A stretch of 62,701 nucleotides of DNA, filler included, from Choristocarpus tenellus KU-1152 (Eukaryota; Protista; Phaeophyceae), in assembly GCA_964200185.2 (NCBI GenBank). It is 8 parts of 8 records of this genome, joined end to end, with 100 filler letters (N's around TTAATTAATTAA, not from the genome) between each part and the next. Parts side by side here need not be neighbours in the genome. Positions count along the whole stretch, not along the records: positions 21,854 to 51,521 come from CAXNAD020000103.1; 7 more parts are not named here. One strand, 5' to 3'. The notes under the pieces are model-generated. The model saw nothing but the letters and a program-made list of their open reading frames with translations, searched no databases and was not told the origin of the DNA. Below, in pieces: positions 24,966-37,200 of the stretch. The first letter of the stretch is position 1, and each line of letters opens with the position of its first letter. The position numbers and the translations under genes were made by a program.

Positions 24966-27900
24966 ATGGATGTAGATGAAGGAACTCCTTCCGATGCAGG
25001 TGCACGACCTAAAGATGAAGGAGATAGCACAGCAGGTGGAAAGCTCCACGTTCTGGGGATTGGGGGACGCAGAACAAAGAAGTCCGCCAAATCTGCTGGC
25101 ACGAGAAAGACTCCCGGGGAAATCCGTATCCAGAAGGGTGAGTTTTACAGGTGGGCAACAAACGGGAGAGCAGCCCAAGTTGCCTTTACCTGTTTAACAA
25201 TAACAATACACTAAAAGAGTGTACAGGTTGCGCAGCTACTGTTCTGAGCCACAAGGAGGTGACTGCGTGTTGATCTTGACGCTGCGTTTGTTGCTTTCTT
25301 CACGTAATAGACCTATCTTGCTCGGTACCGCATGCATGTTGATCTTTTGATAATGTGAAGCCTTCAGTTCAACTCTTGTGAAGGTTTAAATAGTGGTGAA
25401 CGAGAAACAGCTTATGGAGGTGCTGTGATGCTATCCCTGCTTGAATGTGTGCCTGTCATCAGGCAGCAACCATTGGGCAGCGATCACATATTTGGATAAT
25501 TCTGTACCAAAATCATTTCATTGTTTGGTCATCAATGCAGCACGACATTTCTTGTGGTCCAAAGTGTCCGATCGATATTGTTTCCTCCACATCTGACTTC
25601 TCAAGTATAGCTGATCTGTTGACAAGAATGTCCCGTAAGACATAGTACGCATTTCCCATGCATCACAATATGTTTGTTGTCTTGGTTACCCTCCCAGATA
25701 TTGCTGAGCTTGATGGTGGGAGTGTGGCGGAAATTACTTTTCCTAATCCAAATAATCTCACAACTTTCCAGGTTGAGGTAAGTACTTGAACGAATACTGT
25801 AGTAGCTCGCCTCATAGGGAGAAAACACATGGATCAGACCCAGCTCATACCCAACCCATACCTTGATCGCAATTCAGATTCAGTATTGAACCTGGGCTAA
25901 AGTGCATGGCCCTATTCCTCCACACATATTCATCAGTCCTGGGGCAAATTTTTCTCATTCTCTATTCTTGATTCCTGGTTTGAGATCTGACTTGGCTGTA
26001 AAACAACTTTCACATTAACTCTATGCTTGACAAATGTAAGGGTTATCATGCTTCTGTGGGAGCTCTGTCGTTTCAGAAAGGCTAGGCTATAAAAATAATA
26101 GTTCCAACCCATTCAGAACAGGCTTTGTGTGGATAAAATGACAGTTTTGTATTCACTCCATACCAGATGTTGGTGGTTCAGAACACTGTTACTTTAATGA
26201 GTATATGTAAGTATCCTCTTACTCAGAAAAATGAAGAATAGGCTGAATTATGAAAGAGCAGTTCCATACATTGCCTTTTTCAAAGTAGGTGAAGGAATCA
26301 ACAACAGAATATCGATAGGCTGTGTGGCGAATGGAACTGATATAGACGAATTGCAGGTCAGGCAGGGTGCCACTGTTTGGGCACATAACCAACCCAACGA
26401 AGTGGAACACCTTAAATATCTACGCCTGGGGTGCTCTCATTGAAGGGTTTCACTAAATTAGGGTTGCTTGAGGGCTGCTTGCACTCTCTTCACAAGAGCT
26501 GACGCAACCTGCCTGCTACAAAATACCCTGCTGGTCCCATCGGTACATTGGCACCAGCAGCAGTAATGATGGGGCCTCCGTCCTAAATTTGCTAGCATGG
26601 GAAAGTTGCAGGGATGGATTGCGACCATTCAATATGCCAAGCAGACCATGCATTTAACAAGGAATGTGATCGCCACCACATCGGTACCCATTTTTTCAAC
26701 CAGCCTTGTGTTTGTTCAGTCAAGTGTACACACGGTTAATGGAAATTTGGGGGAGGTCAACTTGTTTGGCACCATGATAAGCCTGTTTTTATTGGATTGT
26801 GGCCGTTGAAAGGTCATTAGGACATAGAGTTCGTAAGGAACCTCATTGTGACCAGTGCACACCCTGATTAATCTTGTTCACAGATGTACCTGTAGTCCCT
26901 ACTACTATATGGTAGGGTGGCTCTCTTTGGTTGTGTACATGGGTGGAACATTCCACTTGGCTGAGACTTGAAATGGGAAGAACATACCATCAAGGATATG
27001 AACACCCATCCTGTTTCCTACTGCTTGCTGCGTGTGCCTCCTTTGCAGGTGACCCCGGATAGTGGCTTCTGGAAAGGGGCTTCCTACATCTTCACATTTA
27101 CTGTACCTGCCCTATATCCACATGATCCTCCAAAGGCAAGTTCGGACCTAGTGGATGACTTGTACAAATGTACAGATAGTTACAAGTGTAGAGCTTAAAC
27201 AATTTTGTCAAGTACATGTGCAGTAAACATATGGAATGCATTCTACAACTGCGGCAGTATGCAAAAATGGTACATACAACATCCTTAAATTCTTGGTCAA
27301 TATTTCATATCGTTCACAACTTTATATATATATATTTAAAATCTCACTGTAGGGAGAGCAATATACTTGTTTGGAAAGTGTACCCTTGGGCCCTGAACTC
27401 TTGATCTCCACCCCAGTATTTTTCTGGAAGAGGTAGACCTTGAGATGCTTCTGTGGGACAACCAAAACTTGTTGTGATGAGTAAGATCAGCGCATTACAC
27501 ATGAGTATGTTCAAACTCTGCCTTGGATAACTCGACAAGATTGCTACAGTACTATAACTTCGAGACTAGTTTGATATTGCAAATCTGCTGGTGTTTGTTT
27601 CCTGAGCCTCTCCCTATGCATTTCTCTTGTTGCCTCAGGTAATCTGCAACACCAAGATTTACCATCCCAACATCAATTTGCAGGGTAATGTGTGCCTAAA
27701 CATCTTGCGAGAGGACTGGAAGCCGGTGAGTGTGCTTGACTCATCCTGTTGTCCACAGGCTATTTCAATTTTGATGACCAATAGTAGTGAACAGTACATT
27801 ATTAAGACAGAGACATGTTGCGCCTTAATCCGTAAGAGCTAATTTCCACACCAGGACTAGTTTGACTGGATTGTGATACATCAGATGCAGCTTGTTGAAA

Positions 27901-29223
27901 ACACTGGAAACCTTTGAGAGTTTAGATTGGAAACATTTAATAGAATATTACAATGTATAGTTGGTGTATTTGGCAGCTTCAATATTCAGTACAAGAGTGC
28001 CCTCCTATGGTGGTTGTGGTTGATGTTACTGATACTGTTGATAGTGTGCTATTCATATAGTTTTGGAGTGTGTATACAGTTAGAAGGTCAAGGAGCTTGA
28101 TACCCACTTATATGGGCTGCTGAGTACTATTGGACTAGGTGATACTTCCTGTCGTATGTCATGGCTTAAGGTGACTCCTTCAGTATGGTAAAGTGTATCT
28201 TGGTTGTGTAATTTTGCTATGGTCAATTGTTAATTGATACCGAACTAGCTCTAAGAGTTCAGAACTTGAGAGGTTTGGGAATAAAATTCACTGGTTGTGT
28301 GTTGGATCCAGTCAAAATTTCAAATCTATCCATAGTATTTGCTTAGTTACACATTTTGTTTTGTGTTAGTGTCCAATTGATTAATTACTTCCAGATTTTG
28401 AAGAGATATTCACGGTCCAAAAATCGAGGTATCATTGCCATCTCTTGTTTCAATATCCACAAATATATTCTCCCAACCACCTTTCTATTGGAGTGTTGGC
28501 ATGACTGTTGTGTACCTACTTATTCCTCTATGAAGTCATTTTCATCCTCACTACAGAGGTGGAATTCTTTTTCCAGTTTGACAAGTGGTATTATCATAGG
28601 CAATACTGTCTATGGGGACAGTCAAATTGTGCCTTCTACCACTTTAGTATAGTAAGAAATTCTCTATGTTAAGATAAGGACGTGCACAAAGCCTAGTTTC
28701 GAGAAGAGGGACTTGTTTATGCGATCAGGTTGGCAGATTGTTCTAGGAAAAACAAATTACCCGTCGTACCCAACTAAAAAATAATCTGCTATTTTACTAA
28801 CACCTCTAATGAAGTTATGAAGACCATGTTTGAGTTGAAAAACTGTCTTTACGCACCTCTTCTCATGAAATTTTCTCATGCTGTTGCTATAGACATGTGA
28901 GACACACTTAGTGCATGGCCAACACAGGTTCGTAACAGAAGGGGAGGATTCTCTTTAAGAAAAAACAGTTGGTGCCATGATACAAAAAACAATTCCTGCA
29001 CTTACAAAATTATTATTCCATCTTGTGTATACCTCAGGTGCTGGACATCAACGCAGTTATTTATGGCCTTATTTACCTTTTCTATGAGCCAAACCCTGAG
29101 GATCCACTTAACCATGAGGCAGCAGAGCTTTATCGCACTAACATAAGCCAGTTTGAACATACTGTAAAAAGGACACTCAAAGGTTGTGTTATGCATGGAG
29201 AGACATTCGATCGACTTCTATGA
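24966..29223 (+). CDS. UBC12: NEDD8/RUB1-conjugating enzyme UBC12 (about 203 aa from this ATG)
   Basis: Exons 24966-25137, 25698-25777, 27049-27135, 27639-27725, 29038-29223. Motifs [59 protein letters not shown]. An in-frame acceptor at 24940-41 suggests an additional upstream exon. Confidence 0.95.
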
Positions 29224-29677
29224 CCCCTGGAAATGTGAGGGGTAGGTAATTACATTAGCTCCTTAGCCTTCCATTGGGGTTGCATTACAGAACAGTTCTT
29301 CATGATTGAATTTGATACATTTTTTCCCTCCTTGCCTTCCACTTTTGCACACTGCAAAAGGAGTGCTGCTGTAGAGCATAGGGGCTTATAGATTGCTTTG
29401 TTGTGTTAATATGAAGTGGATTCCATCAAAACATTAGCAAATACTTGAAAGTCAAAAAAGAAGTGCACTTGGCCTGTGCTTCTTTATGTACTAAGTTGCT
29501 GGACATCACCTAAAATGCAAATACTCCAATTCTCATGTCTATATATCTTGAGAAAGTCTAAAACTCTATTGCCATCCTGTTACATGTTATTTTGGGGGTG
29601 GAGATGTCGACAGACACTATTACATTCCAAAAAACAATGGTCAGGCCATGAATGTGCATGCAATCTCCATTCAGCAC

Positions 29678-30960
29678 TCACTCTTTCCCACCCCCACTAA
29701 TGTTCTTGGCAATATCATCAAACAACATCTTCCATGTGTTCTGTGGTTTATTGCAGCTTTCAAGGTAAATGAGGTGGGTGCCATATGTTGTCTCCACAGG
29801 GCCATATATCTTGCCTGGCTCCTCATTAAATAGAATCTCGTCAAACTCTGGTACAGTTTCACCACGTGCAAGCAGCTTAAGTTTTCCGCCATTGGCCTGG
29901 AAGGAGAGGAGTAACTATAGATCATACACTTTATATTGTATGTGCATGTATGAGGTGATAATACAAACAAAAAATGAGAAAAAAAAATGCAATTCTTTTG
30001 TTTTGGTTCAAGCACATATTATAGTAGTCACCTAAACACTTGTGTTGCTCAACTTTTGAGAAGTGTATAGAAATATGTTCTTGTAGTTGTGGCAAATAGA
30101 GTTTAATCATCAGAGAGAATCCATATTTCAACGCCACCTTGCTGATTCTTCTTTCCAATTGATTTGTTGAGTATTTGTAAATTGTAGTGAAATTACGATG
30201 AGAGAAATTTGCCCAGGCTACATGATTGCATAGTTCAAGGTACATAACCCTCCCTCTCAAGTGCTGCCCAGAACCATGATGGAAGGGGTGGTTGGGGGGA
30301 GTTTCAGGTACGATACAATCAGGGCAGTTGTGTATTGATGTATCAGCAACTCATGCACCAGGTCTATTTGCAGGGAAAAGTGTCTTTTGTGCTGAGTGGT
30401 ACACACAAGAAAAACCAACACAAACGCTGTGTGAAAAACAGTGGTAAGGACAATAATCCACGAGACCTCACCGCACTGGTGCAGGTACTCATTTCCCGAG
30501 CAGCATCAGAGAACTTCTCAATGTCCCCATCGACTGATAGCTTTACTTCCTCCAGACGAGCTTTAGCTTCAGAACCCTTCTCCTCCAGAAGGATATGTCG
30601 CGCCCTTGCGTAACGACTATCCGTCATCTTCTCCATCCTGACAGATATTTGACGCAGATATCAACTGGATTGTGAAATAGTGGAAAACTTGTTGATCGAA
30701 CGAAATTCATGGGGGATATTCCGCCCATATTTTCGTCACCCATCCCCATACCTAACATGTTCCCTGACTCACATTTTACCAAAGTCAAGACCCATCAAGA
30801 CAGGAAGGCCGCGTGATCTCTTCATCCCGCATGCCTGAGATCCTTGAAACCCTCCTACTCGTGTTCCTGGCAATCCTCCTGCAATGGGAATGAAGGCTTT
30901 TACCTGTCCCAATGCGGTTGCTACAACAGCTACTACTGCCCACCACATCAGGGGACGCAT
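29678..30960 (-). CDS. Parvulin (PpiC-type) peptidyl-prolyl isomerase with bipartite plastid-targeting presequence (190 aa)
   Basis: Exons 30960-30773, 30637-30472, 29896-29678. Motifs ARARHILL, FSDAAREMSTCTSAANGGKL, VPEFDE, GPVETTYGTHLI. Signal peptide ending VKA-FIP. Confidence 0.92.
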
Positions 30961-31255
30961 TCTTACAATTGAATTTTAGGATATTTATCCCTGTGCCTCC
31001 GTATGGTAATGGAGAGACCGAAAATTGACAACACCCAACTCTGTGTAGATGTTTTCAACATCCTAACATGTACATGTTGTTGAACTCGCGCGCTGGGATC
31101 GAAATTGAAAATGTTTCAGCGCACGCGAAGGTCGTTAAGAATATCTCGTTTCCTGATTTTTGGGATTTCTGTGACTATTCAGAGGTTTCACAATAAGACA
31201 GGATTTGGGTGATCGTGAGCCTTACCGTTGCCGAGGTAGGCCCCCTCAAGGCTCT
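30961..31255. promoter_or_regulatory. Probable bidirectional promoter region
   Basis: 295 bp between the divergent ATGs of parvulin and MAP65; CG-rich patch CGCGCGCTGGGATCGAAATTGAAA. Confidence 0.5.
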
Positions 31256-34200
31256 ATGTCTACGAAACATATCATTGTAAACCCATCAAATGGAAACGGA
31301 AGTCACATCGCAGACGCCCTGGTGGCTCTAGCCAGTGAAACCTCGGTAAACCTCGAGAGTGTTTGGGATGAGGTTGGGTACTCTGCTGATGAGAAGAGGC
31401 GGCAGATGGAAGGACTACTTTCTGGGTTTAGAGCTCTTTGTATGGATAAGGTAAGGTATACGCTTTTCTCTTATCTTACTATCTCAGTTTTGTCATACCA
31501 ATAGGGTTTGGAGGAAACCTCGACTGAGGCGTTCTCACAATCATCCCCGCACTACAGGAGAAGGAGGAAAGAGGAGTAAAGGACCAATTCTTAGCATCAA
31601 TCAAGGAAACGCAAGGAAAAATCTCGATAATGCGAAAAGCGCTGGGAAAAGGAGATGATGAGGTACTCTCGAATTGGCCCTACCCAAGTATTTGATACGG
31701 GATTGAGTTGGAGTTTAGATGAAGATGTATCTGACCCCTGACATTTGAAGAGCCAGAGATAGGGTTCGGACTCAAAATAGAAGTACTGCATTTAGATAAC
31801 TCATAAACTTCTAAATTGAATATCTAACATTTCGCCTTGCTCACAGGATGCTCGAGTTGCTGGTAGTAATCTGACCGAAAAATTGGCACACTACGAGATG
31901 GAGGAAGAGGAATTACGAAAGGTGTGGGAAGGACGACTGTAGTTTGTACTTCTGTCTCTTTTCTAGATCATGCTGAAGCATGCTTCAGCTCAAGTGTTAA
32001 CTAACTCAAACGTCTGTTTATTTTTTGCTGTCTACCAATTTTCTACTAGAGATCATGTTGCTGAGGCCCTTGTAGGGCAAGTATTTGACCAGGGTTGACC
32101 TGTTTCTTTATAGCCATTATATGAAGGTTATTGTGAGTTGGAGTTACTCACAAGGTGAGCTTCATTTTTTTCTATCTATGGTGGAAGTTGGATGGCATCA
32201 TTAATCCACTGGGGTTGGTGTTTAATCTGTTCTTATTGTATCACTCCTAGCAAAAACACAATTTGAAATTCAACCATTCAAACACTACCCCTGCTTTTGG
32301 ACAGTTTGCTCCAGTCTGAGCGATCTCACCTGAAAAGATCTCTGGGGTAGCAACTTTCTTTATGACCTATACTTCATTCGAACATACTTCAACTAACTCA
32401 AAGATCTCGCAAATGTCTCATCTATAAAAAGTACTATTTACTTTTGTACTAAGTACATTTGTAACATGTTGATTTTTATTTATTGTTATGATACTTTGCT
32501 TTTGAAGACCTGTGATACACAGAAGAGCAAGTTTGAGAAACTGTCACAAGAAATTGTGCATATGAGCCAAGTGCTTGCTGATGAACCTGAAAGCAACTCA
32601 AATGAGTGGAGAGATACAGAGGGATCACTTACTGACACGAGGCTCCAAGAATTTGTCGACAAACGCGCTTCTCTCAACCAAGCCATGGTAGGTCTCTTGT
32701 ACAGAGCATAGATATAGGGATTTTGCCGGAAGAAGCTGGTGTTTTGTTAGATGAGATGCTGCCACACTCTTCGCTCGTCAATTTTTCTTGTGAATTGAAG
32801 TATTTGAGGCTTCCACTGTAAAATTGATTTCAACTCTGGTAAGTGTTGGTACCAACAGAAGGCTGGCAGCACATCCTGGTTAGAGTATGTGTAAGCTTAA
32901 GGATTTCGAATTTTGCATGTATTTTGTATGATACTGCGACAATACTAGGAGGAGCGTATGCAAACAGTAGCAGAGGTGGTTCATGGAATTCAAGTGCTCA
33001 TGGGGGAGCTGAAGATGACAGCAACAACAGAGCTGGACAACAGAGTGTTAGGATCCCTTGCACACCCTGCCTGCACTGGAGTTCCAGTTTTACAGACGAC
33101 GGAGGTTTGTGGGCAACTAATGCGTATTTGCTACTGTTAAAGTAAGAATGATCTATCCATTGTAACAGTGAACAGGAACATCCACAACATTGACTTCAGG
33201 GCCAAGTTTTGTCATAGTTGACTGAGACAATAGATACTGGTATCTGCTCACTTGTTTGGTGAGACTCTCTTCTGTATGAGGGGTCACACATTAATTAACC
33301 TCTAAAAACTGTGTCCATGCATGTGATATATTCAATTCAAGAAGACCTTTGGGGACCTTCCTGGGCTTGAGCTGTAGACCCTGTCAGATTTTTCCTTATC
33401 TAGCCTGTTCCCTGACTTTCTTCCTTGACTTTCCCTTTTGCTCACTGCCTGCAATCCTTGTGGTGTGTGCTGCAGTCTCTAAATAAAGAATTCACCTCCC
33501 CATTGGCATACATCTCTTCACAGACCAAACTAAGTTTCAGACAGAGCTCGCATACTACTAAGTATATATACTTCTTGAGTGGTATTGAATCATACTATCA
33601 TTAATTTTATTGTGTTGTCTCAATGGTGCTGTCTCAATTGTGTTGCCATCTGTGGCAATATCACTGTAGATATATGACCCTGTTATTGTGGTATTGCATT
33701 GGCAATGTACAATATTGTACAGTGCACAATAGGTTATTGATACATCTAATCAAAGTATATAGTTCATGCGTCTCAGTGATGTATCTGATTGACTATCATT
33801 CTTACTTTGATGTGCCTCATTGGTGTACTTGTACCTCATTTGTGATCTTCTTGTTGCTCTTTCAGCGCACAGCTTCTTCTGTGGGCATTGGCCAGGCTGC
33901 ACTAGAGGAGGTGTTGGTCCGCCACAAGGAGCTACTTGAGGAGAGGGTATGTGCTAGGTTTAACTTGTTGGGCTCCTATTATCATGAACCTATGGTGATG
34001 TTGGTGGTGGTGACCCTTTTCTCATTTTCTGTACAATAGATAAAGTCAAAATCAAACAAGCCAACCTAACTTTGAAGTACCTGCCATGACTGAACTTTGT
34101 TTTGGAATTATTTTTTTTTCAGAACTGCCGTAAGAAAAAGCTGGAGCGTATGGGGGAGGAGATCATGGACTTGTGGCAACAGCTTGATGTTGGCAAGGAA

Positions 34201-37200
34201 GAACAGGTTAGTTAGTACATGAGGATTAATTGCTTGTATTGTGTGATAAAGACAAACTTCACATTCTGCCCGTGTTGTATGTAAGGAAGAAGTGGACATA
34301 TGTTGAGGTTGGCAAGACATGAGTAGACGATGTCTTGAGGAAGGATAATATTTGATGAAGTGACTGGAGAAATGTGTGTGTTGGTCCCTACGGTGAAGTA
34401 TATGCTTTATGGTGGTAGAGTCATGCTTTGAATGTTTGATTTGTGATGTCAAGGTTGTTGCATCTTACCTTCAAACTTTTGTGTTAATTATGTCCAGGAG
34501 AGTAGAGTGCTTGAACATTTCAAATTGAAGTATGAAGTAAGCACTATTTCTAGTGTAGACTATCATATCAAGTTGTTGATTGGAAACATGTAATAGTGCC
34601 AAGAATAGTACCTACAGATTCCTGTGTCCAGATCTTTTGTGGGGTTACCTGTGCACAAGGAATAAGGTGTAGTCTCCAGTCAAGTACTGAGCCAATAGCC
34701 TTGAATATATTTGGGTGCTCAGTTTTGGGGTGAATTGCTGTTGCCATTCTGAAATTTATTGTGGAAGGAGAGTAAAAGAAATTGACTTTTTCCCCATTTT
34801 CCAACCTGTATAACCTGGTGTATATATGATAGGTTACTGATATTTTAGATATACATATACACTAGCAACTGTTGAAGTGTAGAGTTTTAGTCATTGCTGA
34901 TACTCCAGATATGAGAATGAAAATGAGAGCTAATAATAAGATTGCCTGTATTGTATTGTACTAACCCATTTGTGTGTCCCTCTGGTGCAGGAGACTTTTT
35001 CTGCCAGTGTTGATGGGATGGGGACACAGACAATGGAGGCTGGGGAAAGGGAGCTCGCTCGCTTGAGGAAGCTCAAGGTGGACATGATGAGTGGGCTCAT
35101 CCAGGACACTAGGGAGAGAATACAGGGCAAGTCAGGAACTATGGTGTAGAATTGTATAGTATAGTATTGGATGGTGAAGGGATAATCATCTCTATGCGAC
35201 AGGCCTAGCCATCTTGTGGGTCCTTGACTGTTGCTGAACTTTTTAGTTTTTATTTTGTACAGTGGACCAAAAAGAAGAGTTCCTTAGTGCTGTGGGCACC
35301 TCTTGTGTGATGTAAGATACGAATATCCAGTCCAATGATGTCCCCCTGTATTACTATTATTATTATTACTGTTACTATTGCTGCTAGTGACAATTAGTTA
35401 CTATCTGTACTGCCTCCATGATACTGCAGAGCTGTGGAATGAAATAGGTTGTTCTGCGGCAGAGCGGGCTGTGTTTGGACCACTACAGGTTGGAGAGGAT
35501 GGCTTCACTGATGACCTTCTCATACAACACAAGCATGAGATAATACGTCTTGAGGATAGGTTGGGAACAATGAAACACATTCTGGAGGTGGGTTTTTTTT
35601 TTTTCCCCCTTTTGTAATATGATAGGTACTGACAGTATTAACATTTTTTTTGTCAATAATATTGATAGATACAGCAGAAAACACAATGCATGTCTGAATG
35701 CAATGATTTTGTGAAAAGTAAGTCTGTAAATGGTTCCAGGTTAGACTTGGTTCACTACTCTGGAGTAGATATTATACATACATAAAATAGTGTTAATAAA
35801 TGAAATTGTGTAGATTACAGCATGACAATTTAGATGATGGAGAATATTCATGTCACTTCATCTTTTGGTATTTGTTTGGTGCAATGACTGAATGCAAGTA
35901 TGGCAGGCAGGCAATTTCCAATTTGTTTATTTATTATAGCATAAGGCATCAGCCGTTAAATGTCCATTTGTCTCAACAGAAAATAGAAGAACGAGAGGAC
36001 CTGACACAGAAGCGAATGGAGATGGAGACATCTATGAAGGACCCTAGTCGGCTCATGCCAAAGGGAGGTCAGCAGGAGCGACGCCATCAGCAGCAGAGGT
36101 GACATGACTACAAGTTATCCTGGCATGATCATTCACAGCTGCTAGAGGAATAATCCACATGGATTGATTCGTTGGTTAATTATCTGCTACTCCACAACTT
36201 TATAGATTGAACTTCTTCATCTGAGCACAGAGTAAAGTCAGGAATAGAGTAGGCAACGCTTGACACCAACACTTGGCACCAACCTCCTGATTAAACTGAA
36301 CTGAAACCATGACAAATATCTTAGTTGCTGAACAAGTCAAACTCAAAGAGTGTCAAGGGTTTATATATCGCAACCGCATGGCATGCCTTCAACTGGGTTT
36401 TTCACAATCATGTACCTTTTTGTGTTCCAGAAAATAATAATAACAATAACAATGGTACTAAAGGGCAACACATTCTTCACTCACACTTTGGAAATGCTTC
36501 CAGCATTGGAATAGCCTATTAATAGGTGTTCCACTGGCCGATATTTGCTGCCCAAGCCAGTGCACAATGTTAAAATACCACCGCTGATATAGAAAACCTG
36601 CAATATATGTACAGGGATGCCCCACAACCTTTTTTAGTCAGTTCTTGGTAGTATTGCAGCTTTAGCAATGTCTTGTGTATCAATATCCACTGACAAAACT
36701 TAGTCTTCGATGTTTTGTCAAGTCTTACAGGTGTCCAACACACCTACTAGTGGGGGGGTTTTTGGCTGTTGAATACTAATGTTACTATGTTAGTAGTACA
36801 TATTATATGTTCAAATATCACATACCTTGTATACAAGCTTCCCTCGCAACCACCGTGAAGTTAGCCCTATAAGCCTTTTGCTTGTTTATAACCCTTTTGC
36901 TTGTTTACTAATTAGGTGGTTCTGTTCAATTTTGAAAGGTGATTAAGTTTTTCAAGAGTTTCCCTAACCATAACTTCATGTGAGGGGAAGAATTGACTTG
37001 AATTTGTAGTGTTGAATATATGATATTTTGTTATATGATAATGATGGAAAGGGACTGTTGCAGGTTGAGTAAGTCTTTGAAGGCTCAATGCAGCTTGTGG
37101 GCTACTGTTTTGGTAGACTTTTTATGACATCTTTCATCACTCACGAAATCAGAATTACATTTGATATCATTCATATAATTGAACACATCAATCCTTGCAT

